64,000 bases of DNA from Octopus bimaculoides (lineage: Eukaryota), in contig NC_068989.1 in the NCBI RefSeq assembly GCF_001194135.2, positions 34,902,292 to 34,966,291 of the forward strand. Reading direction: 5' to 3'. Shown here one piece after another: positions 50,231-64,000 of the stretch (within the stretch, counting starts at the first letter, position 1; each line of letters opens with the position of its first letter). A program made the position numbers and the translations under genes. The notes under the pieces were generated by a model. It was not told where the DNA came from and did not search any database. It was given only the letters and a program-made list of their open reading frames with translations.

Positions 50231-51652
50231 GTATGTATTTGCCACTTTCTTTATTATTTGGTTTTAGGTTTAATCATTTTCAACTTTGAATCAAATCGAT
50301 TGTTAATTAGTTATAATAATACCAATTGATTTCAAGATGTCGAAATGTAGGACGAATTCTAGACATGTATGTACATGTCGTATCCTAAATATTTAAAGCA
50401 CAACCCTTTTATTATTGTCTCGATTGCTTTATTGTTTAGTTTTATACCCTGTGTTTAAAATTAATTGTATTTAATAGCAGCGCCTTGATCCATTAGAAGT
50501 TTCAAGAATCTAAGGCTACAGTTCGGTCTGGTTTCCTTCTAAACCCGTTTTACTTAACCTAAGCGCCCTTGGGAAGGTATGAATGTCATCACCTCCCCTA
50601 ATCCTGTTGAAATCTCAGTATACATATATACATATATATGTATGTGAGTGTGTACACACACATTATTTTCTGATGTATGAAAATAATCTATAGCCACCAT
50701 CCACTGTCAGTGATATCTGCAAATAGTTTTGTTTATGTAATCAATGACATTTAACGTTTCATTTTGTTTATATTTGTCTTTTGTATTAGTGTTCCATAGT
50801 TTTACCTTATTCCCTTTTATTGCATACACTTTCAAATGTTGCACAGTTAATGTAAACAACTAAAAACATCCATAGTCACCAATATTCTTATCAGTTTTCA
50901 TATAAATAAGCTAAACCGCTCCATCTTGACGGCTCTTCAGGTTATTTTTGAGGTCTGAAAACAAATAATCTATGTTTCTAAAGCCTACTTTCTTGAGTAA
51001 TTTCATTTCAAGTCGATTTGCATGTCTCGCGGACACCTTGCTGCTCCTCTTTTCGTCGTGAAACCCAACGAAATACCTACAGATCAGCAGATAATGAAAG
51101 GCATACAGTTATGACACTGGTTCGATCTTTGTCAGATTCAGCAACTTGTGTTGCTTGGTGTGTACGCCGTGGATTGTTGAAGAATTTTCACAGATGTCCA
51201 GGGCGAAACTCCATTCAAAATAAATCTAACATTTCCTCACTTTTTACTCGCTGATCGTAGTGTGTGTTTTATTGAAATGAATTGGACTGTCAAATTTTTT
51301 GCTGTTTGGACGAGAAGTTTGCTTCCCAACCCTATAGCTTTGAGTCTAGTTTCACTGTGTGATAACTTGGGCAAGTGTCTTTTACTATAGTCCTGGGCTG
51401 ACCAAAGCCTTCATCATCACCATCATTTAGCATCTGTTTTCCATGCTGGCATGGGTTAGATGGTTTGACTGTAACTGGTAAGCCAGAGAGCTGCACAAGG
51501 CCCCAGTCTGATTTTGGCTTGGTTTCTACAGCTAGATGCCCTTCCTTAACGCCAACCATTCCAAGAGTGTAGTGGGTTCCTTTTACATGTCAGCCTTCCT
51601 TATAAGTGAATGTAGTAGATGGGAGCTGAAAGAAGTCTAATGTATGTATGCA

Positions 51653-51735
<83 letters not shown>

Positions 51736-54700
51736 ATTTATATATGCATGTTTGTGTCTCCTTGATTTCACATCATAACAACAGATGTAAAAAAAAAAGT
51801 ACCATCATCATACAAATGGGGCTGTTTGTTTCCAATCTTTGAAAATATGTTTGGCCATATTATCTTGCTTGGAAAAAGATGAGGATTGGTGACAGGAAAG
51901 GCATCCAGCTGTTGAAAATATGCCTCAACAAATTTCATCCATGCAAGCATGGAAAAGTGGAAGTTAAAATGATAATAATGATGATGATGACAGTAAAGTC
52001 TGGCCTACTATCTTTAAGTTGATTTCAACTATTTCAAAAAAATCTTGTCCTCTTATCACATGAATTTCCTTTGAAAACATTACACACTTGTAGATAGATA
52101 TACAATGGATTCATAATTAAGGATCAAAACCTCAGTCTTCATGTTTGTTTTCATTGTTCTCAGATTCTGCACTTAAAATCTGTTTAGCCTGCAAAATTCA
52201 CCATCATCTTAGGCTGCAGAGAGGTGAATCTTGATAAACTCATTCAATTCTAATTTTAGTGACCTAGTTTGGCTTTAATACAGGTATATGGTTTCAACTT
52301 TTGGCCCAAGGCCAGCAATTTTAGGGGAAGAGTAAGCCAATTATATTGAACCCTGTGTTTTAATGACCCTGAAAGGATGAAAAAAGCTAAAGTCGACCCT
52401 GGTGGTATTTGAACTCAGAACATAAAACCAGAAGAATGTCTGGTTCTGTAAAACAACAACTAGTTTTTTCTGTGTCTATTAGACAATTCCTTCAGCGACT
52501 TTTACTTTATTCTGAACTGAACAAGAGATTTCTGTACAAACTGTCATCCACAATACAAACTTTAATGGGCTTTTCCACTACGATTGAATAAAATCTGTAT
52601 TAATTATAGACTATCTTTTGTTGATTCTTTTCAGTATATCCAGAAATTATTAACTTGTTAGGAAAAAAATTGGTGTTAGGAAGGGCATCCAGTGTAGAAA
52701 CCATGTCAAAGCTGACACTAGAACTCAGTACAGCCCTGTGGCTTGCTGGATCCTGTCTAACCCATGCCAGCATGGAAAATTGACATTAAATGATGATAAT
52801 GATGATGATCTCCATGTGTTACATCTTACATGTATCTCTATTGGGTTTTGAAACCTGTTTCTACTAGGTTAGAATCACAATGTCATGAATACATAAGCAT
52901 ACTAAAAATGATACTCTTATTGTATCTACTTAATTTATTACGAAAACTAGTTTCATGCATTAATTCAATTAATCAATTTTTTTAAAGGCTTAATTAGAGG
53001 ATGATGAACAGTATCCACAATCTTTTTCAAGCTCCTGAAACTGATGGGAAGGAGTAGTAAAGTTATCTTCAGACCAAAGATTGGCCTAGATGTTTGCAAA
53101 ACAGTGAACTCTGCTATAGGCTCCCAAGGGCTAGGTGATGGATTAAATTTAACTATTCAAGAAGAGGAACAATCTCTTTGTAAATTTATAATTTTAACCT
53201 ACCACATTAGCATCATACATGAAAATAAACTTTTTGACCAAACAACCAGGCCTGCTGCAACTAAAGCTTTCTGGATGAAAGCCTTCACAAAAGTTTGAAA
53301 TAAAATAACATTCTATTCTATTAAAGTGCTAATGACAGATTTTTGTGGTGTAAAATATGTTGTGCTGTGGAAAGGGGATGGTAAGAGAGAGAGAGAGAGA
53401 TTCAAATGAATGCTATTTGCAAGTACACACACACATTAGCTGTTTGTGTGTGTGAGAGTGGTGAGTATGTGCACATGTCATTAGTGATCATGTGGGTGAG
53501 TGTATGTATTTTTCCAGCTATCTATTATATTAATAACTGTTCCTAACTTTCTTCATAAAATCTGTGTAATGCTAAATCCTGGATAAGGGTGCTACCAACT
53601 ATACAGTGTCAAATGCTTCTTTATTGAAATGGAGTTTGGTGTGTTACAGTGGACAATGATCATAGAGGATGACAGCAAGAATTGAACCAAGAAAAACAGA
53701 TTAGATACGGGGAAGAGGGGGAAAGGTAAAGAGAAAAAAATAAGAATTAGGAATAAAGAGAGGAAAATCAGGGATGATGAAAAACTTTAACTCAGGATGC
53801 AAGAAATCGAGCTAAAAAATGTTGTATAATGAATGACAAAGTTAAAACTAAAAGCAAAGAATGAAAACTGTTAACCAAGAAAGAAAGTAGAATATGAATA
53901 ATGATGATAAGTAAGATTATTTTGCACAAGTCACAATGAGAAAACAGACTACAAAAGAAAATATGATTGAAAATAATGAATAAAATTTCTCAGAAATTAA
54001 TCAAAAGTTTATGAAGGAAATGATAGGATATTATTACTGAAGGGGAGATGTTGATGGCTGACACTGCACCACAAAATGGACTATGGAATTTCCACGTATA
54101 CTGCTAGTATGAAATTATTCTTAATTTATCTTTATTTTCAGCTTTTCCTCTGTTCTGATTCTTTGTCTTTGTTGTAAAAATTTTAACTTCTTTTTCTAGC
54201 AATCTGTTGAGAGTAAGTTGCTTTCAACAAGTTTGGCACAGTGCTCCTGTTTACAGAACTACGCTTACACATTTACCCAGAAAATCTCAATGGCGGACTC
54301 CTTTGCGAAAATTTCACCAAAGAAGCAGACGCCGAGATGATTTAATTGAAATAAAAAATGGATATCCTACCTACCGAGACCTTTTAAAACCATTAGGTTT
54401 TACTATTATGGTGGGTTATGAGCTTTATTTTTATTCATTTGTAATTAGTTCAACATTTTGTAAAACCACACATTAACACCAATAAATCTAACATTTGCAT
54501 ATATAGAGCAAATGTTAATAGTTTCTGAGTAATTTTTTTTAAAGAAAAGCGAGATAGTATAGCTATGTAGTATTAAATAGAACAACTATATAATACTACA
54601 TAGCTATACTTTTTGTTCAACTGGCAACTTCGAAATGAATTATGTTGGTCAGATTAACTTTCTCTTTTTCTGGCAGAAATCGAACTGATGAGTGAAGTGA

Positions 54701-57700
54701 CAACTCAGCTGATAACTGGGATTGAATCTACTTCTCCTGCTTTGAAATCCAACATCTTGCCTAGTCCAGGTTGACACCCCTTAGCGAACAAACCAGGTCA
54801 GATTAGTGTTTTCTTTTCTATAGCAACTATTTACTTCCCTTGTCTTCAGAAGTTAAAATAATTATTTTGTCTTGGCTGCTTCTTCACCAATAACTCTCAA
54901 CTATTTGTTTACCAAGAAGCATCAAATGCCTCAGCAATTTCTTCAGTTGGCATTTTACTCAACTTGAAATTTCTCATCCAAATTTTAGTTCTACTTTCAA
55001 TGCCTCTTGATATAGTAGATAATTAGTTACTTGATGTAACTTTATATTAGCTGTTTTTATAATTATCATTATAATAATAGGTATCTAGTTACTTTCCTCC
55101 TTTGGGATCATTTCTCCTCACATTAACCTTGATAACTATATTATGCAATAGGGTGTGTAAATCATTTGATTTATTACTAAGAAGGTCAGGCATATTAGAT
55201 AATATAGTGTTAAATGGATGTCTTATTTAGAACACCTTTCATCATAGATTTATCTGCTCAATTAGAGCAATGACTAAGGAGATGATCTTGCTTGAGTTCT
55301 AGCATCAAAAGGTCCAAGCTTTAGAGTAAATTGTCTCTTTTATAACTGCATCAAATGAATCGTTAGCATTTCTGTTTATTGATTAGTTTAACACTTTTTT
55401 CCAATTCTTACAATACTGATTGCTGTAATATCTCTTTTTCTTAAATATGTACAACCTCTTATCTGTTCATTTAAACTTATTCTTACAAAGAGTTAGTTTT
55501 AATATTTTTCTCAGCTTTCAATAATCCACAAAATGAAAAAAATCCCTAGATTTATGTTGTGCATTATCTACCAGTTTAACAGTTTATGAACAATTCAGTA
55601 TCTCTAGAAGAGTACAAGCTGCTTGTCTTTGATCAGAGGATGAAGTTCTCCCACCCACCAGTCATGGAGCCATAGGTACTGTCTGCTTTCCTCTCACCAA
55701 ATCACGTTGAAAACAACAACAAAAACAAATAAACTCATTCATTTTCATCTGAAATGTTAATTTCAGCCAGTTTTAATCATGTTATGATGTCCAGGGTAAA
55801 ATCCATATAATAGTTATAACTGCTTCATAGATGTTTGCAACCAAATTTAAACAGAAGTATTTTGATTTGTCATCATCATTATCATTATTATTTTCATTCT
55901 TTTTATTTTCTTAGTTCAGTGGAGCATGCTTTGCTGGCAGTATGGTATGGCAATATGAATTGACACGTTTGAAGGCAAAAAAAATCATTAGTAACTGGAT
56001 TTCAAACGAAGGAAGAGATATATTCTACCCCAAATCCCACAGCTTTCGTTCACATGTAAGTTATATTGATTTCATTCAGAAGACATTTTTTCTTTTATTT
56101 TTATTTTAAAAATCATTTTCTGTCCTGTATGAAATAGTTCTGAAAGCTTGTATCATCATCATCATCATTTAATGTCTGTTTTCCTTGCTGGCTTGGGCTG
56201 GGTGGTTTGACAAGATCCAGTCAGCCGCAGAATTATGTTGAGTTCTAATGTCAGCTTTGATGTAGTTTCTATGGTTGGATGCCCTTCCTCACACCAACCA
56301 TTTTACAGTTTGTACTGGGCGCCCTTTCATGACACTAGTACTAAGAAAAGTCACCAAGTAACTTGCAAGACAAAAGGAAAAGGAAAAGCCCTTTCAGCAG
56401 AGTCAAAGGAAAGGAGATAACTGTATGCCAGATATTGAAAGGCTTAGGTATGATAGAAGACAAGCACTGGTGTCTTGCTATAGAGGGGATACATGGCTAC
56501 CCTGCATTATTTTTATAATGTTATTTCTGTATATATCTCCTTAGTGTCATGCACTAATACAGTGTGATATATAGTACCATGGAACGGGGTAGACACCAAC
56601 TGTCTCCACTTGATGTATTCCCAAATACTCTGCCAACAACTGTAACCAATCCAAAACAACTTCTCAACGAACTATAACTACTTCTCAACAATTTTCTGTA
56701 ACTCCACAAACTCACGAACGACACCTTTCAACTTCCTGTGATTTCTCATCTTTCACTCGCAGTCAAACACGCTGCTACTTATACGAGTTCGGCCAGTCCA
56801 TTCTCACAGCAGGCGTCATGATTCTTGCCATAATAATTATATAAGGGTAGATGGGAGTAGCTGCAAAGAAGATAGAGATAGTAGTCATGAGGTATCAGAG
56901 CATATTCTCAAGATACAACAGGGCGAGTAAAAGAGAGAATACAGAGAATCAGAAGAAAGGGAGAGTACAGGGAATTTTATAAGCGTACAAGAGGAGGGTG
57001 ACAGACAGTTAGAAATCGGGGTATAGGTTATTGTAATGAATAGTGAACAAGGATTGGATATTTGTATATATTGTCAGCAGATTCTCATTTTAGAATCAAC
57101 ATCACTTGTGTCATAGGGAAGTGATTCATATTTGAGTTAAGATGAATGAAGGTAAATTCAAGGTCTTAAGCACAAATGTCTAATATGTGATGACATAATA
57201 AGAAAGCACCAAACCTTCAGCTGCTCTATTTGGTAAATTAGATTTAATCAGATGTAGACACGGCAGTCATCATCATCATCATAATCATCGTTTAACGTCC
57301 GCTTTCCATGCTAGCATGGGTTGGACGATTTGACTGAGGACTGATGAAACTGGATGGCAACACCAGGCTCCAATCTAATTTGGCAGAGTTTCTACAGCTG
57401 GATGCCCTTCCTAACGCCAACCACTCAAAGAGTGTAGTGGGTGCTTTTACGTGTCACCCGCACGAAGGCCAGTCAGGCGGTACTGGCAACGGCCACGCTC
57501 AAATGGTGTCTTTTATGTGCCACCCGCACAAGAGCCAGTCCAGGGGCACTGGCAATGATCTCGCTCGAAAATCCTACGAAGGCCAGTCACGTGGTACTGA
57601 CAACAGCCACGCTCAAAATGGTGCATCTTATATGCCACCCGCACAAGAGCCAGGGGCACTGGCAACGATCTCACTTGGTCTCACTTGGCTTACCGGGTCT

Positions 57701-60577
57701 TCTCACGCACAGCACATTTCCAAAGGTCTCGGTCAGTAGTCATCGCCTCGGTGAGGCCCAATGTTTGAAGGTCTTGCCTCACCACCTCAGCCCAGGTTTT
57801 CCTGGGCCCACCTCTTCCACGGGTTCCCTCAACTGTTAGGATGTGGCACTTTTTCACGCAGCTATCCCCATCCATTCTCACCACATGTCCATACCAGCAC
57901 AATCATCTCTCTTGCACACCACAACTGATGCTTCTTATGTTCAGCTTTTCTCTCAAGATACTTACACTCTGTCGGGTCAGTCTATTTGCCATAAGTGATG
58001 ATATTCCAGGAATGTAGCAAGCTCAAGTCTCTAGCAATGTGACATTGCTAATCATACATGATAATACATTATTAAGGGTTGGGAAATACAACCAAAGCAA
58101 CAAAGGGCTACACTGTAGCTGACATTAGGCTACACTGATATTTTATGATCCCTTGGTTTTTTTGCATTCAAACTTTTCTGAAGTCAAATTTTTAAAATTT
58201 CATTTGAATGACCCCTCCCCTCACTTTCCACTATGAAAATTCTTGGGCTAATGCAGAATTGCACCTCTCCTTGAAAAATGCATTAAAAAAAAAAATTTTT
58301 TTGTGATTCCTATGTTTTAAATGTTGGCAATTATGAATATACGAAATTTTTTTTTTAAATCCCCCCCCCCCCATTTAAAGGTTTGATTTTGTTTACTTTA
58401 AAGTGATTGCAGTGAATTGACGAACATATGCAAATTGAAATTAAATATAGACAAAAACATTAAAGTGAAAAGAATTTGCGCTTTACTTGTGTTTGCCTTA
58501 AATAATTGTAAATAATAATTGAATGTTAATTAAAGATACATCATTTTATGAGAAACAAATAATGTTTAATAATTAATGTTATAAAGTTTAATAAGGGGCT
58601 CAAATTTCAGCCCCTCCCCCAATTTTAAATTTTTTCATCCATTTATTCATTTGTCTGTCTATCTATTTATTCCTATCCATTTATTCACTAAATGTGACGG
58701 TCCTATAGAAGACAGTATTACTGCTGTTTTTAGCCTCAGTAAGACATTCATATCTCTATCTCTTTTTACACATATCTATATGCTTATTGAATTTAAAATT
58801 TTGAATGATGGCCTTATTTATATATTTTCTGAAATGTGGACAATCATTTAAAAAATATATTGTTTTATAAGGAAAGACAGATGAATTGCAAAGGTTGTGT
58901 AATTTCTGATATCAGAAAATCTAAGATAATGCATTATGCTCTTTTTCATTTAACAACAAACAGACTTGGTAACACATCATTTGTTACACTGAATGTGAAT
59001 TGTGAATTTTAAAACATCTATTTGGTTCAGGATAACTCAGAACTGTGACCAAAGGTGTTCTAGCTGTTAACAAACTGTCTTTATTTCAGATATAATGTAT
59101 TTGGGATTACATATTTGTAAAGTGGTAGATGTTAATTGAGGAAGATTTCATGGCCAGTACTAGCAGATTGAACAACCACAGAGTGGCTCAAGCTGTGTTA
59201 GTATGAAATATTTTTGTAGGCAGCTGGAGTGAAGATTATTAGTAAGCTTGTGGAATTTACTGTGTCTACATAAGTACTGTCCCTAGCATTTCCTTCAGGA
59301 AACTCTTTAAGGCAGTTACACCAACATCAGGAGTCTATGATATTTTGTATATTGACAATCTGATTTTCAGTAGAAAATTTGTTGAAGAACTGTAAAAAAA
59401 ATTGAAACATGAAAAAGTGGGCCAAAGTCAAAAGTTTTAATGGTTAACAGTAGTAGCAAGGGACAATCTAGAAGCATGTGAGAAGTGGCCTTGCTCAGTT
59501 GCTAGGGAGTAGCTTAAAACTCAGTATCATGTACTAAGTGTAAGCAAAGGATTCCTTGATAAACTGACAGGGAACTAGAACTTCAGTTTTGCTGAAGACC
59601 AAGTCTATTCAACTGACGTGATGGATATTATTGATCATTTCTGCTCCTTCAACAATACAGTTAGTACTGTAGAGGATTCTAGGGAATAGGGAAGAAGAAG
59701 TTTTGTGAATTTTTAGCAACAGTATATTAGCTATATGAGATATGTATGGAAAGTTAGACAGTGCATCATCATCATTATCATTTAACATTCATGTTCCACA
59801 CTGACAGTTTGACTGATGGGTCCAAATGCTACATTGTGCTTGAATGTCTGCTTTGACATGGTTTCTAGGCTGGATGCTCTTCCTAATACCAACCATTTTA
59901 CAATGTGCACTGGGTGCTTTTTTTGTGGCACCAGCAGTAGTGAGGTCACCATGTAGCTTGAATTAAGATCTTCTTTGGCTAAGAGTTGCAGTTGAAGGTT
60001 TGATGCCTCCTTATTAGGTCATAAATTGGACTTTGTGCTTTTTAATAAGCTTTTCAATTTACCTTCACTTATTTTAACTACCTGGTAATGGAAAGTGGAA
60101 ACATCTGCAGTAGTCGAAGAGAAAAAGTTGGTCTTTGGGTAACTTTATCAGAATTTCCTTTGTTGCAAGTATTTAAACCAGATCTTAGTTCACATTTTTT
60201 TGCTGTCAGTGTTCTGGTTGGTTATCAGTTACATCAATCTTATCAGTTTGCAAAGGTCTAGAAAGAAAAGAAGACAATGTAGACAGAATAAACATAAAGT
60301 ATAAGACCAAAACAGTATGGAAAAATGTATTAAAACTTATTCAAACTATGTTAGGATAGAAAATCAAGCATTAATATAAAGATGATGCATTTAGCCACTA
60401 ATAATAATTAATTCTTTTGTCTTTCTTTTCAGCTAAATATGTGGTGGAACAGTCTCAGTGATGGACAGAAGTATGTAGTTAGCATTATTGGAGCAAATGT
60501 TCTTGTGTTTCTAGCATGGCGATTGCCATCTGCACAACCTACCTTGATGAAATACTTCTGCAGTAATCCAAACTCTG
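50196..60577 (+). CDS. PARL: Presenilin-associated rhomboid-like mitochondrial protease (PARL/rhomboid-7), 5' part; continues beyond the window
   Basis: Exons 50196-50230, 54200-54410, 55915-56055 and 60433-60577, phase-consistent. The translation contains YRDLLKPLGFTIM-FSGACFAGSMVWQYE and WWNSLSDGQKYVVSIIGANVLVFLAWRLPSAQPTLMKYFCSNP, matching PARL-family LxKPxxFT-FxGxxFxxAxIWQYE and WWNxLSDGQ...ANVLVFxxWRxP. Confidence 0.92.
51010..51260 (+). mobile_element. Possible Merlin/IS1595-like transposase N-terminal remnant
   Basis: ORF with SLSDSATCVAWCVRRGLLKNFHRCP, resembling the Wxxx(R)GLL..CP motif of Merlin-type transposases; weak. Confidence 0.35.
54200..54410 (+). CDS. PARL: PARL exon 2
   Basis: ttctag|C AAT...ATT ATG|gtgggt; ends GYPTYRDLLKPLGFTIM. 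Confidence 0.88.
55915..56055 (+). CDS. PARL: PARL exon 3
   Basis: FSGACFAGSMVWQYELTRLKAKK...FRSH; 141 nt, AG/GT bounded. Confidence 0.92.
57265..57975 (-). mobile_element. RTE LINE 3' end (RT C-terminus, 3' UTR repeats, (GAT)n tail)
   Basis: [43 protein letters not shown]; homologous to 36700-37530. Confidence 0.85.
60433..60577 (+). CDS. PARL: PARL exon 4
   Basis: LNMWWNSLSDGQKYVVSIIGANVLVFLAWRLPSAQPTLMKYFCSNPNS(G); 145 nt. Confidence 0.92.
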
Positions 60578-60820
60578 GTGTGTGAGTTAGAAATTTATTA
60601 CTGTTTTTCTGTTCAAATTCTTCAGATGCCTAGATATTTTTTGAAAGAGATAAGTACAAGCATGGTTGTATGGTTAAGAAGTTTGCTTTTCAAGCACATG
60701 ATTTTGGGTTTAGTCCAACTGCATAGCACCTCAGGCAAATGTCTCCTACTATCACCCCAGGCTGATCAAAACCTTGTGAGTGGATTTGGTAGACAGAAAC
60801 TGAAAGATGCTGTTTGTCTA

Positions 60821-60885
<65 letters not shown>

Positions 60886-60919
60886 TGTCTTATATGTTTC
60901 CTTGCTCTCCACTTTTATT

Positions 60920-61292
60920 TTATTACCTCTGCCTTCGCTAAGGCAGAGGTATTGTTTTCAGTTGTGTTTGTTTGTTTGTCTGTAGACAAGATATCTCAAG
61001 AACTGCTGGATGAATTCAGATGACACTTTCAGTGATGTTTGGCCTCATGACTGGCACAAACTGATTAGATTTTGGAATTGATCTGGTACTGGAAAAGGAT
61101 TCTGGATTATTTTTCCTTTTTTTTTTTTTACTGAAGTTTTGAGAGTGGTCTGGTTTATTTTTAGTATTCTTGTTTGTGAGAGCACTTGAGTTTATTTCAG
61201 ACATTCACATTTTAAAAATCATCTCCAGCCAATTGTTGAGAGGATGTTGGTGTTGCCTTGGCCGAGATTTTCACTCTCTGAGTGCTCTTGTT
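60920..61292 (+). mobile_element. Non-autonomous Helentron/DINE-1-like element
   Basis: TTATTACCTCTGCC-TTCGCTAA-GGCAGAGGTA hairpin, (GTTT)n core and 3' CACTCTCTGAGTG hairpin. Confidence 0.6.
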
Positions 61293-62121
61293 CTGTCTAG
61301 ATCTGTTTCTTAGCCTGTATGGCTCTGTGTACTGTATCATTACACCACCTTGTTAACTTCTGCTTGGCTGAGACATTGTGTTATGCTAGAATCTGTCTGT
61401 AGCTTTCAGCAACATTTGTCTCCCAGTTGTATTTCATTTGTTTTTATTTTTGTTTTTACCATGCTGCATGGGTTAGATGGATATATTTTTGAGGAGAGGG
61501 AAGGTTAGCTTCTAGGGGTATTCAGAGTGAAATCCTAAGGCTGGTGGAGATAAAGGTTGTCCCCATGTTCTCAGGGAAGGGCTGGCTAAAGCTAAGAAAT
61601 AGGGTATGTGAGCATGGTGGTAATTTGATACAGCTAGGTATAAAAGTTGTTTAAATTATGTGGCTTAAAATAAGGGAAAGATGGGTTGCAGAGTTATCCT
61701 GTTAGTTGAGAATAAGATTATTTCCATGGTTCTATGTAGAAGAGAAAATGTTTAGCTACAAATTGTTATTGTTGATGAAAGAGGTGTGTGAGTGGAAGTA
61801 CTTTATCACAGCAAATCACACAGATTTTTTACAATGCTCTTGATTTAATTATCGTTACCACATATAGTTTAAGAAATATCATTTTATCATCAACTTTTCT
61901 ATGCTTGCATGAGTCAGATGGAATTCACTGAGGCAGATTTTCTACAGTCAGATGCTTTTCTTGTTTTCAAGCAACATAATATTTCCTCATGGTTGGATAT
62001 GTTTTCACAGAAGACAGGACACAGGGGACTCTGCTTGTATGATGGTAACACTTATTTACAACAATCCTCTGATGACATGACAAAGAGACACGAACATATA
62101 TATGCACATACACATATATAT

Positions 62122-62199
<78 letters not shown>

Positions 62200-62201
<2 letters not shown>

Positions 62202-62930
62202 CATCATCATCGTTTAACGTCTGCTTTCCATGCTAGCATGGGTTGGATGATTTGACTGAGAACTGGTGATCCAGATGGCTACACCAGGCTCCAATCTAAT
62301 TTGGCAGAGTTTCTACAGCTGGATGCCCTTCCTAATGCCAACCACTCTGAGAGTGTAGTGAGTGCTTTTACGTGCCACCGGCACGAAGGCTAGTCAGGCA
62401 GTACTGGCAACGGCCACGCTCAAAATGGTGTATTTTACGTGCCACCTCCACAGGAGCCAGTCCAGCAGCACTGGCAATGATCTCACTCAAATGACTTTTC
62501 ACATGCCACCGGCACAAGTGCCAGGAAGGCGACGCTGGTAACGATCACGCTCGAAAAGTGGTGCCATCACGATTTCGCTTGCCCCAACAGGTCTTCGCAA
62601 GCAGAGTTTAGTGTCCAATGGAGGAGATGTTGGCATGGGGGCCTGTCGTTGAATTTAGTTCGACTTCGATTTCACTTGCCTCAACAGGTCTTTGCAAGCG
62701 GAGTATGCATAAGTGGGCTGGCTACATCCCTGGCAGAGGCCTTGGATTTTGGTCTCACTTGGCTTGCCAGGCACAGGGGTGACTGCGTGGTAAGTAGCTT
62801 GCTTGCCAACCACATGGTTCCGGGTTCAGTCCCACTGCATGGCACCTTGGGCAACTGTCTACTACTATAGCTTCAGGCTGACCAAAGCCTTGAGTAGATT
62901 TGGTAGACGGAAACTGAAAGAAGTCCATCA
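62200..62930. mobile_element. RTE 3' UTR copy (-) joined to a tRNA-derived SINE (+, 62770-62930)
   Basis: (CAT)n then TTTAACGTCTGCTTTCCATGCTAGC...; SINE head GCGTGGTAAG..CGGGTTCAGTCCC. Confidence 0.75.
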
Positions 62931-63074
62931 CACACATGAATGTTTATGTTTGTGAGTGTATGTGTCTGCTGTGTTCCCCCACCATTGCTTGAAAACCAAT
63001 GTTGGTGTGTTTACATCACTGTAACTTAGCAGTTTGGCAAAAGCCGACCGATAGAATAAGTACTAGGCTTAATG

Positions 63075-63962
63075 TTATTCAATAAAGCCACCTTCAGCTT
63101 CAACAACTGCTTCTTTATGAGATCTAAATCATCTACATGCTTGAATAAAATGGTTCTGGTTCAAAAAATCTTTGATGTTATGGGTGTGTTCATTGACCTC
63201 TCTCTCAACAACACTTCACATGTAAATAGTCCAATGGATTGAGATCTGAGAAATCAGGAGGCTTATGTAATCATGAAAATTTTCAGCTATCTATTCCTGT
63301 GTTACTAGAACCATGTGTGATAGTACAGAGTCTTACTAAAACACATATGGCCTTCCATTGCATACACTGTCTATCCAGGGTTTAACAATTGTTTCCTGAA
63401 CCTCAATGTAGGTGGTAGAGTTAACTCTAAGGCCTTGTGGAAAGAAGTAAGGAGGCATCACATGTCCTTCATTGCTGACAACCCCTAAAACCATGACAGT
63501 TGCAGGAAATTGTGTATGCACAACACTTGGAACTTCAAAAGGGTCTGCACATAACCATCTGTCATTTCTTCTGTTAACTTTTTGATCTTGGTCGAAGTTT
63601 TTCAATTGACCTCATGGACTTTCTGGTATTGTAATCAATGATCTGTTGAACTTGCTGGATAAATTCAGGTGTTCTGATGATTTCAAAGTGTTTAGAATGC
63701 TTTTTATGCTTTGATATGTTTCCATCTTCAGTCTCTAGCTCCTTACAAACTTTATAGATGAAAGATCTGGTAACTTTTAAAAATCAAGATATTTCCAAAT
63801 TGCTAATCTCAGCCTTTATAACCACATTAAGAGCATGCCTCTTCATTTCTTGAGTAAGTTGAGGGTCTGCCATTATTTTCTGAAACAACGATTATACAGA
63901 GTTAGCAAAAAATGCAGCAATGACCAGAAAATGGTATGTCTTCAGGCACCTTACGCACCCTG
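63075..63962 (-). mobile_element. maT/DD37D-like transposon, decayed
   Basis: Terminal TA-CAGGGTGC on the minus strand; NRRNDRWL..TVMVLGVVSNEGHVMPPYFFPQGLRVN..GRPYVF. Confidence 0.85.
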
Positions 63963-64000
63963 TATGGGTGTGTGTGTGTGGAGGGAAGGGGGTGAGTGTG

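Noticed and set aside
57440-57680. Regularly repeated ~60-bp units as a CRISPR-like array
   Set aside because: Eukaryotic context, no unique spacers and no cas genes; it is the RTE 3' UTR minisatellite.
60433-60470. Shorter PARL exon ending at the gtatgt donor at 60471
   Set aside because: The reading frame and PARL homology continue uninterrupted to the donor at 60578.

Overview
AT-rich, microsatellite- and transposon-dense animal genomic DNA with four assembly gaps. It is probably an octopus or other coleoid cephalopod, which I infer from the repeat landscape and cannot prove from this window. Three spliced protein-coding genes can be reconstructed with GT-AG introns and consistent phases, most of them missed by the ORF track. 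(1) The 3' part of a membrane-anchored CREB3/Luman-family bZIP factor (+, 4 exons, 2617-8320), whose luminal tail carries an unusual 8-residue acidic/Tyr repeat. (2) A complete 9-exon AUH (methylglutaconyl-CoA hydratase) gene (-, 49868-25547, 304 aa). (3) The first four exons of the mitochondrial rhomboid protease PARL (+, 50196-60577), head-to-head with AUH with start codons only 327 bp apart. The rest is Tc1/mariner/maT, hAT, piggyBac-like and Helentron-like DNA elements, RTE and CR1-like LINE pieces, Penelope-like elements and tRNA-derived SINEs. The most notable non-coding structures are a hammerhead-ribozyme-bearing ~0.5 kb repeat unit, a telomere-repeat-cored MITE, a palindromic double tRNA-promoter element and a ~0.9 kb-arm inverted repeat in an AUH intron. 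No CRISPR arrays, rRNA or bona fide tRNA genes were found.
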